DNA of 64,000 nt from an uncultured delta proteobacterium (lineage in GTDB: Bacteria > Desulfobacterota > Binatia > UBA9968): the NCBI GenBank assembly GCA_963755715.1, contig CAVWLW010000033.1, positions 32,001 through 96,000 on the forward strand, in the 5' to 3' direction. Below are positions 41,421 to 51,330 of this stretch, in pieces. Numbering within the stretch: the first letter of the stretch is position 1; the number at the start of each line of letters is the position of its first letter. The position numbers were made by a program, and so were the translations under genes. The notes under the pieces were generated by a model. That model saw only the letters and a list, made by a program, of their open reading frames with translations, made no database searches and was not told where the DNA came from.

Positions 41421-42152
41421 ATGGATGAGTTACTTAAGGATCTCGCGCCCACAGGAAGAGTACGAGTCGGCATCAATTATGGAAATCCCGTGCTCGCCAA
41501 GAAAGATCCCGCAAGCGGCGAGCTCCGCGGCGTGGCAGTCGATCTCGCGCGCGAGCTTGGCACGCGAATCCATGTTCCGGTCGAGCTCGTCGGCTACGAC
41601 TCGGCGGGAAAAATGTTCGAAGCGGTGAAAGCTGGAGCCTGGGATGTTGCGTTTCTTGCGATCGATCCCGGGCGCGCCGATGAGATCGATTTCACTGCTC
41701 CTTACGTAGAAATCGAAGGCACCTATCTCGTCCCGGCCGGTACGCCTTATCGGGTCGTCGGAGACGTCGATGAGCCCGACGTGCGCATCGGCGTATCCGC
41801 CAAGAGTGCTTATGATCTATTCTTGAGCCGCAGCATCCAACACGCGGAATTAATCCACGCATCGGGCCCCGATGCTGCATTCGCGTTACTCCTCGCCGGC
41901 AAGGTCGATGTGCTGGCCGGAGTCAGGCAACACCTCGTCGCCAATGCAGCGAAGATTCCGGGATCGCGCGTGTTGGACGATCGGTTCATGGCGATCCAGC
42001 AAGCGCTCGGCATTGTCAAAGGCCGCGTCGAAGGCGCCAAGTATTTGCGCGAATTTATTGAGGATGTGAAGGCATCAGGCTTGGTGAAGCGGGCCCTCGA
42101 AAAATCCGGCGTGAGCGGCGTGTCCATTGCGCCGGCGGCGCCGACCGAATAA
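41421..42152 (+). CDS. Amino-acid-type (PBP2) substrate-binding protein
   Basis: LAPTGRVRVGIN.GNP, WDVAFLAIDP.R, FTAPYVEIEG. Confidence 0.85.
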   Translation: MDELLKDLAPTGRVRVGINYGNPVLAKKDPASGELRGVAVDLARELGTRIHVPVELVGYDSAGKMFEAVKAGAWDVAFLAIDPGRADEIDFTAPYVEIEGTYLVPAGTPYRVVGDVDEPDVRIGVSAKSAYDLFLSRSIQHAELIHASGPDAAFALLLAGKVDVLAGVRQHLVANAAKIPGSRVLDDRFMAIQQALGIVKGRVEGAKYLREFIEDVKASGLVKRALEKSGVSGVSIAPAAPTE

Positions 42153-42226
42153 TCGGAGTTTCAACTTTATTGCTAACCGCCCGTGGTCGATGTTAGGCTT
42201 CCCTATGAATCAGGAAGGAAATCGTT

Positions 42227-43039
42227 ATGCCTGAAACGATCACGGTTGAAATCCCCTATACCATAGACAGCGGCGAGAAACTCGTTAACGAGACCTTCGG
42301 CCCCAACAATATTCGGCGTAGCCGCACCGGAAGTGACGACAGGAAACCGATGACTATTCAGAACGGCAGACTGTTCGGCGATCGGCTGTCGCTGGATGAG
42401 CAAGGTTTTGTCTTTGTCACACACCTGACCCAAGTAGCTGACTTTTTCGATGCCGACCAATTGAAGTCCGTATATTACCCGGAAGTCGAGCAATTGATCC
42501 GGCGCGAGTCGGGCGCAGCGCGCGTGGTGATATTCGATCACACGTTGCGCTCGGGCGACGAGACGGAAAGGGAAACGAAACTCATCCGCGAGCCCGTACT
42601 GTCGGCGCACAACGACTACACGGAGTGGTCCGGACCCAATCGGGTGCGGGAAATTTTTCCCGATGAAGCGGACGAACTACTGAAGCGCCGCTTTGCGATC
42701 ATTCAGGTCTGGCGCGCGATCAATCAACCGATCCGGGCCAATCCTCTAGCGCTCGCCGACGCGAAGAGCGTGGCGATGGACGATCTACTCGTCGCCGAGC
42801 GTCGCTATCCGCACCGTGTCGGGCAAACCTACCGTTTGAAATACAATCCCAATCATCGCTGGTTTTATTTTCCCGAGATGCGCCGCGACGAAGCTTTAGT
42901 GTTCAAAGTCTACGACTCGGAGACGGACGGACGGGCGCGCTTCACGCCGCATACCTCCTTCGCCGATCCCGCATCTCCGCCCAATGCCCCGCCGCGTCAA
43001 AGCATCGAAGTGCGCGCCCTCGCGTTTTTCGCTTCGTGA
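42227..43039 (+). CDS. CmcJ/NvfI/AsaB-family oxidoreductase
   Basis: FDHTLR, HNDYT (HxD), IIQVWRAI, PLALAD, PHTSF, PRQSIEVR. Confidence 0.85.
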   Translation: MPETITVEIPYTIDSGEKLVNETFGPNNIRRSRTGSDDRKPMTIQNGRLFGDRLSLDEQGFVFVTHLTQVADFFDADQLKSVYYPEVEQLIRRESGAARVVIFDHTLRSGDETERETKLIREPVLSAHNDYTEWSGPNRVREIFPDEADELLKRRFAIIQVWRAINQPIRANPLALADAKSVAMDDLLVAERRYPHRVGQTYRLKYNPNHRWFYFPEMRRDEALVFKVYDSETDGRARFTPHTSFADPASPPNAPPRQSIEVRALAFFAS

Positions 43040-43079
43040 ATGCTGCTCGACCCTTGTCGCTTGCCGTATAGGCTGATCA

Positions 43080-43376
43080 CTATGCGGCGGCGGCTCGCTT
43101 CGGGATGAGCGCGACGACTACGTCTGCATCCAACACTGCGGCTATGCGATGCAGCAATGGCAGCGAATGGCGCCGGTAGCCGGCCTGCTCGACGGCCGAG
43201 ATGGCCTGCTGGCTACAGCCGACTTTTTTTGCGACGTGCTGCTGCGACCAGCCTTTCGATTCGCGCAGACGGCGAATTTGCAGGGCGACCTCGGCTTCAG
43301 GCCGTTTTTTATTGAATGTCGAAGCAAAGATCCGATTGTGTTTCAATCGGCTCAGTTGTCTTTGAAAATTATCCAT
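43080..43376 (-). CDS. XRE-family HTH regulator (antitoxin-like)
   Basis: IRRLRESKGWSQQHVAKKVGCSQQAISAVE; GGAGG RBS. Confidence 0.8.
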   Translation of the reverse strand: MDNFQRQLSRLKHNRIFASTFNKKRPEAEVALQIRRLRESKGWSQQHVAKKVGCSQQAISAVEQAGYRRHSLPLLHRIAAVLDADVVVALIPKRAAAA

Positions 43377-44165
43377 TGATGCTCCCTCCGCGTAATAATT
43401 TATCGTTCGAGACCCGTGATTTTCAATTCAGATTAGACCGCCATGGTCATTCAATCCGCTAAGCGTCGTCGTGTCACATCGCCCCGGAAATAGCTTAGAC
43501 GACGTGGTTTTAGTCAAAGCAAATAAATTACCACTCAACGCCCCACGGCTTGAGCGGATTGAAAAATTTACTGGACCCTTCTTGAATTCGCACGGGAGGG
43601 TAAATAGTGCGCTTACCCTCCCGTACTTTTGGATTACTGCAACAACGCGAGAACGATAGTTTTCAGGTACGATTCTTACGGCAACTTGCTGTCAGATTTA
43701 GGCGACGTGCCGGTACTGCCACGCTCCGGCAAAGATCGCCCCGGACTACTCTTGTCACGCCGAGCCTAGCGGCGGTTTTTTCATCGAGGGTCCCGGTGCG
43801 AAAAAACTTTGCGCCGTTGGTCAGGCGGCTACAAACGCAATCGATATGCCAGCGGAAAATAAATCCGTGCTTTACCAGTAAAATGGGTAAAACCCTGGAA
43901 TTAGGCGGATACCGAGCAGTGCGATTTGAGATGTCCGTTAGAAACGCGCTCGCTGTCTGAATTTTCTAACTACAGGTGTAAGTAATCCCGGTGAGAGAAT
44001 TCGACGGCTCTGCCGCGCCGACGAAGCCGTGCGGATCGCCGAGTGATATTGGGTTAACAAGTGAAAACTGTGGACTGACGGTGAAGCTGCAAAGAATCGG
44101 CGATTACTCGGTGAAGCGAGGCCAAATTCTCCGGCCTGTGCTCGGCGGTTAAGGCACACACGGCG

Positions 44166-44543
44166 TCACCCCGGTCCGACAGGTCCTTTGGAAGTAGCTT
44201 CTTCGGCTCGAACCGGCCGGACGCCGAAGGGCTCGGATCGATTACCAAATAAGACTAGCGCGCCAGGGCCGACGCTGGTTAGCTGGTAATATTCTTTGGC
44301 GGGCAGAAAGACGATATCGTTTTTCTCCATCACTCGTTCGTCTCCCTGGATGCCTTTGACTGAGCATTTGCCATCGATGACGAGAAAAGTTTCCGGTGAT
44401 TGGTGGTAGTGCATTGGCGTGCCGTCGCCCGGCTCGAAGTAAAGCATCCAGGAGCGAAAGTTGTCGGTGCCGAAAAGTTGAACATTTCTGAGTTTGTCCT
44501 TACCTGCTTCATCGATCTTTTGCTTTAAGCTGATGAACTCCAT
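44166..44543 (-). CDS. Cupin domain protein
   Basis: TPMHYHQSPETFLVIDG; GGAGG RBS. Confidence 0.82.
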   Translation of the reverse strand: MEFISLKQKIDEAGKDKLRNVQLFGTDNFRSWMLYFEPGDGTPMHYHQSPETFLVIDGKCSVKGIQGDERVMEKNDIVFLPAKEYYQLTSVGPGALVLFGNRSEPFGVRPVRAEEATSKGPVGPG

Positions 44544-44741
44544 GGGTTGCCCTCCGCGCGTAGTATTCAGGTTAAACTATTGCAGATGGGCTTCGCTTGT
44601 CAATTCACACTTTCACCGTACCGCGGAAAACGATCTCTGGTATGATCCGAATCGTATGCCGCTTTCGCGGGCGATCGGTACACTTGACGGTTGGCTGTAA
44701 GGCGCGGACTGCGGAGCGAATCAGCGAATCGATTGAAATCC

Positions 44742-44957
44742 CTATCGGGATGTCTCTTCGTTCGTGATCTCAATCTCCTCGGGAAACACGTATAACGAAG
44801 AATCACCGTCCCAGCGCACGAGAATCATTCGTCTTCCCAAGTTGTCGATTTCGTGAATCACGGTTCCCACGCTATCAGCATCAATCATCATTTGGTGGGC
44901 GCGAAAGGTTTTTTTTGCCCGGCAGCGGAGTCCTGCTTTACTCGTGTCGATCTTCAT
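44742..44957 (-). CDS. Small hypothetical protein (SH3-like beta pattern)
   Basis: Strong AGGAGG RBS; GTVIHEIDNLGRRMILVRWD..LYVFPEEIE. Confidence 0.7.
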   Translation of the reverse strand: MKIDTSKAGLRCRAKKTFRAHQMMIDADSVGTVIHEIDNLGRRMILVRWDGDSSLYVFPEEIEITNEETSR

Positions 44958-45001
44958 CTCGCCTCCTCGCGTTGCGTTACTTGGGAAGCGGCGCCACTCA
45001 A

Positions 45002-45028
45002 TTATTACCGTTATTACCGTTATTACCG
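45002..45028. repeat. Tandem repeat (TTATTACCG)x3
   Basis: Three perfect adjacent 9-bp copies. Confidence 0.9.
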
Positions 45029-45367
45029 TCTTGCGAAAGCTAATTCCTGTACCAATTCAAAGGGCGCAGGATCTCCACAGGATAATATAACATTTAATAC
45101 CGAGGATTGTGAGTTCAATCCCGACCTATCGGCCGAGTGACCGACTCGCAGGATTTTTCAAAGCGATCCACTTGTATCGCCGGTGTAGAGTGGCAAAAGA
45201 GAGGCCCTAGTCGAGCGCCAATTCTTTGCCACGCGCGCGGCAGTGCGGCTTTGGTAAAAATATTCGGTCGAAGCGGCGGAGATGGAGTACAACCGGCCTG
45301 AGCTTTCCTGCGCCGCCAAATGGCGCCGATCGTTCTGCTAAACGGGAAACTCACATGAAGGCTCGGA

Positions 45368-45574
45368 TCATCCCACCCGGGTGTCGGTTGCGTCGATACG
45401 GGCACGGAGAGACTTAAGGCGCTCAATTGCTCTCGTTCGGCACTGGCAGCACGCGGCAATGGAAAACGACACTTCACGACACCGGCCACACTTACGGTGC
45501 GCGCAGAACGCACAATCGGTTTGCGGAAACGGCCAGAAAGATAATTCGTGTATAAGATCTATGCGTTCTTTCAT
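45368..45574 (-). CDS. Possible small Cys-rich protein
   Basis: 68 aa, 7 Cys (CAFCAH, CGRC, CCQC); no clear RBS. Confidence 0.4.
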   Translation of the reverse strand: MKERIDLIHELSFWPFPQTDCAFCAHRKCGRCREVSFSIAACCQCRTRAIERLKSLRARIDATDTRVG

Positions 45575-46069
45575 GGAGAAATTTTTGGCTGTTAGACGGT
45601 TAGACGTTGGCGGTGATGTTTTGTATACGCGTTGTCGTCCACGAGTTGGAAAATGCTGCTAGTTGCAATATCGGCATTCGTTTCTAAATGATTTGCTTCG
45701 ATGAAGCAAGCATTCGCGCGCGTTTGACGACGATTCAACCAAAAAACTTTGCGTAGATTCGGATGAATGTCTTTGGCTTCGTTAAGCGCGGTAAAAATGC
45801 CGCTCCGGTTTGAAATTTAGCGCCGATGGCGGTGGTATCATGAAGTCCGAAATTGCGGCGGCGATTGCCAACCGATTGTCATGCGCGTGCAAACAGGGCC
45901 GCAGGTTCCCCGGCGGATGATCCTGCGCATGTTCGGCGTAGACTTGGCTTTCGACCTGGACAATTGATAGTTGCTCGTGTAGCTAAGGATTAAGGAGCCT
46001 GTTCAGCGAGAGAAATTTACGCTGCCACATGCCCGACAAACGCGCTAGATCACGGATGGGAGGTGTCGC

Positions 46070-46381
46070 ATGGTCATACTTCACGTTACGGTTCAGATAA
46101 AACCCGAACACATGGCCGAGTATTTAGAAGCGGTGCGCCACGACGCGGAGCACTCAGAAAAAGACGAGCCCGGCTGCCTGCGCTTCGACGTATCCCAGGC
46201 CAAGGATGATCCGAATCGGTTCTATTATTACGAGGTCTATAGAGACGAGGCGGCGTTGGAAGCACACCGTCAAGCGCCCCATTTCAAACTCTATGCGGAA
46301 AAAGTCCAGCCGTGGCTAGCCGCCCCGCCTGAGCGCCGCTTTGGAAAAAATCTGATTCCCGCCGATGCCGCATGGCGCTGA
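46070..46381 (+). CDS. ABM / LsrG-like dimeric alpha-beta barrel protein
   Basis: DEPGCLRFDV, YEVYRDEAALEAHRQAPHF; GGAGG RBS. Confidence 0.88.
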   Translation: MVILHVTVQIKPEHMAEYLEAVRHDAEHSEKDEPGCLRFDVSQAKDDPNRFYYYEVYRDEAALEAHRQAPHFKLYAEKVQPWLAAPPERRFGKNLIPADAAWR

Positions 46382-46504
46382 ATGAAATCAGCGCGCTTGT
46401 AAGCTGTCAATCGAATTCGTAATCGACTTCGCGGGGCAGGCTCTGCCTGCCCGCCGGAATGGCAGGAACAAGAGTCGACTTCCAGTCGACAAATTTCAGC
46501 GGCG

Positions 46505-47542
46505 TTAATTCTTCTTGGAAACGCTTTGGATGAATCCCGAGGTTTCGAGCTTATTCATAAAGGAATTATCGATGGCATTTTCGACCCGAACATCGGCGAT
46601 TTTAGGATTGATCTGGGTCATCAGTTTGTGCAGGCGCTTCATTCCTTCAACGTTGGTATGCGGCGCCCGCTCATAGGCATTAATTACCGCATGATAGGAT
46701 TCCTCCGCATCTGCCGAATTGGTTAAGCGCAGGTTCGATGCCAACAGCCGCATGACTATTTCCTTGTTGGCTGGATCGAGCGTAACCGCGATCGCTTCGA
46801 TCATCGCTTTTAAATAACCTTCGATGACCTGAGGTTTAGCTGCCGCGATGCGCCGCGTCGTCACCAGCATGGTTTGCGGTAACGTCACGCCGGTATTTCT
46901 GGAGTTGTAAAGCACGTGATAACCCTTGTTGCCATAGAGATCGCCGACGGCGCCCGTCAACGTCGTTGCATCGACTCCGCCGGTTTCAAGCGCCAAGCGC
47001 CGGTTCATTTCTGTTCCGGGAATTGTTAGAAAGGTGATCTTTGCCTGGGTCGGATCGACGTTGAAATCCTGAAGAGCCAACAATGCTTGCAGATGTGACG
47101 TGGAGCCGGGGCCGCTGATGGCGATGCGCTTGCCGCGCAAGTCTTCCTTCCTTTTAATTTCCGGTCTGCCGTTCAGCCGATAATCGAGCTTCTGCTTCAA
47201 GTTGGCGATGCCGATGAGATCCGCCCCGCTGCTTGCTGCGTTGATGACGTGGCCCGGGCCGACAATGGCGGCGTCGATTTCGCCTGCTAGCAAAGCCGCA
47301 ACGGCCAACGGGTTGCGCGGCATGAGGATGAACTGCATGTCGAGCCCATATTTCTTGAATAGGCCTCGGTCCCGCGCTACCCACAGCGCGGTCATGCTTT
47401 CGCTGGTAACGCTGCCGGCTAAGTTGGTCCGCGTCTGCGCGGCTAGCCGGCCTGGCAGCGCCTGACCGAACAGGGCAGCGAGAAGAATTAAAACTCCGAG
47501 CCGGATTACCGGGACGGAGTTTTTGACCGCGCAAATTTTCAT
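46505..47542 (-). CDS. NMT1/THI5-like substrate-binding protein
   Basis: LWVARDRGLFKKYGLD, EDLRGKRIAISGPGS, IDNSFMNKLETSGFI. Confidence 0.85.
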   Translation of the reverse strand: MKICAVKNSVPVIRLGVLILLAALFGQALPGRLAAQTRTNLAGSVTSESMTALWVARDRGLFKKYGLDMQFILMPRNPLAVAALLAGEIDAAIVGPGHVINAASSGADLIGIANLKQKLDYRLNGRPEIKRKEDLRGKRIAISGPGSTSHLQALLALQDFNVDPTQAKITFLTIPGTEMNRRLALETGGVDATTLTGAVGDLYGNKGYHVLYNSRNTGVTLPQTMLVTTRRIAAAKPQVIEGYLKAMIEAIAVTLDPANKEIVMRLLASNLRLTNSADAEESYHAVINAYERAPHTNVEGMKRLHKLMTQINPKIADVRVENAIDNSFMNKLETSGFIQSVSKKN

Positions 47543-47551
47543 CGCTGTTGT

Positions 47552-47944
47552 TTAGCTCGGTTTTTTCTCGCCCACCGGTTGCACATCGAGAAAACCATGC
47601 TCCGAGATGTCGAAATAATTGCCATCCGGATCCGACCCGCGGGTCTCCGCATAGGGCCTGCCGTTGGGGCGCGGCTTTGGCAATTTGTTGGGATTGATCT
47701 TTTTCATCTTCTCGACGATGGCCTCGCCGCTTTCGACCTCGAAGCCGAAGTGGTACAGCCCATTGGTCGCGTTTTGATCTTTATTGGGGATGATGGCTAG
47801 ATTGAAATAGCCGTCCGAGAGGAAAATGGTTCCTCCTTCCTCTTTACTCTTGTGGATCACCTTCATATCGAAGACGTCCACATAAAACGACGCTAATTTT
47901 CCCGTGTCTTCCGTGCGAATGCCTAGATGCCGAAGTTTCGCCAT
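47552..47944 (-). CDS. VOC-family protein
   Basis: KLRHLGI, GLYHFGFEV, DPDGNYFDISE. Confidence 0.85.
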   Translation of the reverse strand: MAKLRHLGIRTEDTGKLASFYVDVFDMKVIHKSKEEGGTIFLSDGYFNLAIIPNKDQNATNGLYHFGFEVESGEAIVEKMKKINPNKLPKPRPNGRPYAETRGSDPDGNYFDISEHGFLDVQPVGEKKPS

Positions 47945-48028
47945 AATGCCCTCCTTGTGATTTAGTAAACGTTGATCTCGGTCGCCTCTGAAATTCGCTT
48001 GAACGCTACAAGATCGCTCGTTGCGTTG

Positions 48029-48437
48029 TCAAGGTAGCGACCACGTTACTGTTACCTGCGCGCCCTCGTCAATTAAGAGTTGCTTTAACAAAGATCTATG
48101 GCATCGGCTTTCGTCTTCACAGTAACAGCCCACTGAAAAATTTGTCCGCGACGACAACGCCGCCAGCAAAGCAATGAGCCGCCGGGATGCCGGTTTAAGC
48201 ATTTCGCGCCGGTATCGCCGTGCGTAGACGGCCCAGCGCTTCGCCGTGAGTGGCTCAGAAAGCGCGTATGACACCAGCGGCGCGCTCGGCGCCAGCTCCG
48301 GCAGCCACACGTCGAAGTAGTTGCGTCTGCGTATATTCAGTTTTGCGCACGCCGCGCGGCGGCCGGCGCACGGTGCCGATGCGCAAGCCTTCTTGCGGCT
48401 TGCGTGCTGACCCGAGTCGCACGACGCGGATTGCCAT
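48029..48437 (-). CDS. DUF488-family protein (frameshift near 48330)
   Basis: MAIRVVRLGS..EGLRIGTVRRPPRGV..WLPELAPS..FSVGCYCEDESRCHRSLL. Confidence 0.8.
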
Positions 48438-48636
48438 GGCTTCGATTATTTCTTCCCATCCCTCGCGCGCAAGACTCCAAATATCCGCCTGGGCAGTGGA
48501 GGGAATAATTGCCGCGGATTTCGTTTTAAGATGACGTAAAAAGAATTTAACAATTTGGTAAGTCAGGCGCCAACGGCTCATCGCTCCTGCCGTTTGTTAG
48601 ACGCCAGCCGCGCGGCCCCGAAGGTAAGCCGCCCAT

Positions 48637-49548
48637 TTACGGCACCGACATGCACTGGAGATCAGCACCAATGGTCAGGGGACCTGTATAGAACTTCTTC
48701 AACTCAGCGATCGCAGGTTCAAGATCAAACTGTCCGATGTGACTGAGAATCAGTCGCTTAACGCCCGCGTCTCGGGCGACGCGACCGACGACCGCGGGCG
48801 AAGCGTGAAAAGGATTATCACTTGCGGCCGTGGCGAAATGCATGACCAGGACATTCGCGCCCTGCGCGAACTCGATGAACCTTGGGTTGGTTCCGGTCTG
48901 ATCCGTGCTGAATACGATCGACACATTGCGCGTTTGTACACGGTACGCCAGAGCCGGAATATTGCCGTGCGGTATGCCCAACGCTGTCACGGTGATTCCT
49001 TCCCGGTCGAGCACGGTCGACGGTTCTACTTTCGTAACATCAACAACGCCGACCTCGAGACTAACGCCTCCACCCGTGCCGCCCAGCGTGCCACCGAGCA
49101 CTTGAAAGGCGCCATTTTTCTGATCGAAGAGGCGACTGAGGAACGACGGAAAGCTTGGCGCCACGTTGTTGCCGGAAGGCCCGGTAATGGGCAACGGTTC
49201 CTTGCGCGCCTGATTGCTTAACCATAGCAGGGCGGGCAGGTCAGAGACGTGGTCGGGATGGAGATGGCTTATAGCGATCAACGATAGGTCGCTAAGCCGT
49301 GCTTGGGCCTGGCCAAAGCGAAGGAAGGCGCCGCCGCCGATGTCCACAAGTATTCTCGCCTGAGCGTCGATCCAGAGGAGGTAACTGGACGACGCGCGAT
49401 CGCGGTTGACCCCGGGTCCACCAGAGCCCAGGATCTGGACTGCTACCGGATTCGCGGTGCAGCTTTGAGCCGACGCGGTGGACGGGATGGAGAGAAGGGC
49501 GAGCAAGCTAACAATCGCGAATTGAATCATCATCCGCATCCCGATCAA
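48637..49548 (-). CDS. Exported MBL-fold metallo-hydrolase (RNase Z/arylsulfatase-like)
   Basis: ILGSGGP, SHLHPDH, PHG, FSTD, LILSH. Confidence 0.88.
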   Translation of the reverse strand: MIGMRMMIQFAIVSLLALLSIPSTASAQSCTANPVAVQILGSGGPGVNRDRASSSYLLWIDAQARILVDIGGGAFLRFGQAQARLSDLSLIAISHLHPDHVSDLPALLWLSNQARKEPLPITGPSGNNVAPSFPSFLSRLFDQKNGAFQVLGGTLGGTGGGVSLEVGVVDVTKVEPSTVLDREGITVTALGIPHGNIPALAYRVQTRNVSIVFSTDQTGTNPRFIEFAQGANVLVMHFATAASDNPFHASPAVVGRVARDAGVKRLILSHIGQFDLEPAIAELKKFYTGPLTIGADLQCMSVP

Positions 49549-50408
49549 GTTTGCAGATTGTTCTTGAAGTGGTCGAGGGTTTTGGCCCAGGCCTCTTTCG
49601 CTGCTTCGGGATGATAGCGATCGGTACCTTCGTTATAAAAACCGTGTTGCGCGCCGGGGTAGATCTTATAGTTGTACGGGCGATTGAACTTTTTCATCGC
49701 TTCCACCGTGGCGGGAATGTCTTGGTTGACGCCGGCGTCCTTCTCGCCGTAATGGGCAAGGACCGGCGCCTCGATATTTTTCACCAGCTCGATTGGGCTG
49801 GGACTGCGGCCATAGAAAAGCGCCACCGCTTTGAGCCCGCGTACTTGAGTTGCCGTCGAGAAAGTCATTTCGCCGCCCCAGCAAAACCCAATTAACCCGA
49901 GCCGGTCGCCGCGCACGTCCGCGAGCGTACGCAGATAGCTGTAGCCCGCATCGGCGTCTTGCGCGACATTCTGCCAGGGCGCGAGTTCGCGAATATTGCT
50001 CAATCCTTCCATCTTCGGATTTACCTTTGCTGTGCCGCCGTGACGCGAGAGAAAGTCTGGGGCGAGCGTCACGTAGCCTTGCTTGGCCAGCCGGCGCGCC
50101 ACGTCGCGAATGTGGTCATTCAAACCCTGGTTCGCGTGAACCAAAACCAAAGCGGGAAATTTGCCGGACGCCGCGGGTCGAGCGAGATAACCAAAAAGCG
50201 GTCCCGCCTTTCCGGCGAATTCGACTTCATGCCAAAGAACCGCCGGATCGCTGGCGGTGACTTGGGCGACGGCGGTGGAGCGATAGAAGTGCGTAAGCAG
50301 TGCGTTGGCCGCGGCCAAGCTGCCGGTAAGCATTATCGCCCGGCGCACAAATTCTCGCCGCGTGATTTTTCCGGCCTGATAATCACGGATCAATTCGTTG
50401 ATTTTCAT
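49545..50408 (-). CDS. Dienelactone hydrolase family protein with Tat-like N-terminus (YghX-like)
   Basis: TRREFV; GFCWGG nucleophile; GEKD; YPGAQHGF. Confidence 0.9.
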   Translation of the reverse strand: MKINELIRDYQAGKITRREFVRRAIMLTGSLAAANALLTHFYRSTAVAQVTASDPAVLWHEVEFAGKAGPLFGYLARPAASGKFPALVLVHANQGLNDHIRDVARRLAKQGYVTLAPDFLSRHGGTAKVNPKMEGLSNIRELAPWQNVAQDADAGYSYLRTLADVRGDRLGLIGFCWGGEMTFSTATQVRGLKAVALFYGRSPSPIELVKNIEAPVLAHYGEKDAGVNQDIPATVEAMKKFNRPYNYKIYPGAQHGFYNEGTDRYHPEAAKEAWAKTLDHFKNNLQT

Positions 50409-50627
50409 CGCGCTCGCCTCCTAAATGCAATTTGAATCTTGGCATTCTGGGGAACAGGCGGAAGTTAGTGGATGCCGATCATTGGAGTCAAGGGCAATCA
50501 GCGGCGTCACATCATCGCGTCCCATGTCGAACTTGCGCTGCACACTATGTCAGATGGAGCTGAGAACGGTTGGAAACGTCAAGATTAAAGATGCTGACCC
50601 CGTACCTGGCCTCTTGTTATGTTGCCC

Positions 50628-51143
50628 TTAATCAAAAAGGCTTTTTTGTGTGCAGCTGGATTCTTGTTGCAGATTATTTTCGTTTGATTTTTGATTCTCT
50701 ATATACTCACGAACGAGTTCTGTCGTGACGCCGCTTCCCACACTACCGATATAGTAGCCGACCGCCCAGAGAACATGCTCTTTCCAAATATAGCGTTTGA
50801 TGATGTCAGGAAACTCCTGCAGCATCCTTCTCGCTGATATACTCTTTAAAATCTGCACAATTCTTGCCGGGGCATACTTCGGTGGTGCTTCAATCAGCAT
50901 GTGAATGTGGTCAGGCATCACCTCCATAGCAATGATATGAAAGTGGTAATCACGGGAAATCTCTTTGAGGATTTGCAATAATTTTTCCGCTATTGTTCCG
51001 ACCAAGAAACTTCGACGGTATTTTGGAATCCAGACCAGATGGTACTGCAGACTATAACGGCAGTGGGAGCCAGACCTGGTATTCTCTCGGAAAAAATAAT
51101 GTAAGACTGCCTTCAGAGTTTCCTGTCGATTCAGCTGATTCAT
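50628..51143 (-). mobile_element. tnpA: IS200/IS605-family Y1 transposase, no tnpB
   Basis: YHLVWIPKYRR, MPDHIHML (HUH), VREYIENQ (catalytic Tyr); visibly AT-richer than flanks. Confidence 0.9.
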
Positions 51144-51330
51144 TGCATCTTTTGCCTATCGGGTTTGCAGCCACAAAATCTTCTGTGTCTAACTTGCCTA
51201 ACCAGCCTAATTTGAACTCGCGAAGTTACGATGTCGGGAATTACTTTGTGACAATGCGTGCTTACAAGACACGTCCCCGCGTCTTCACCGCTGACCAGCT
51301 CGCATCGCGTTCTCGAAGGCGATCGAACGA

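Noticed and set aside
45002-45028. CRISPR array
   Set aside because: 9-bp repeats with no spacers and no cas genes
45039-45056. Sigma54 promoter (TGGTACAGGAATTAGC, minus strand)
   Set aside because: GG-GC spacing is 11 nt instead of the required 10
45274-45320. Fluoride riboswitch (GGAGATGGAGT..AACCG)
   Set aside because: Lacks the complementary CTCC arm and the GCTGATGAC pseudoknot segment
45381-45662. Plus-strand ORF, and similar long antisense or alternate-frame ORFs throughout (e.g. 16889-17815, 26147-26968, 33747-34607)
   Set aside because: Shadow ORFs typical of GC-rich DNA, motif-less and mostly overlapping well-supported genes
45890-46005. 6S RNA or riboswitch upstream of the ABM gene (AACAGG...CCTGTT, GCAGG...CCTGC)
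   Set aside because: Only short complementarities and no recognisable consensus; would need an Rfam scan
46431-46454. GCGGGGCAGGCTCTGCCTGCCCGC hairpin as terminator or REP
   Set aside because: No T tract and no second copy in the window
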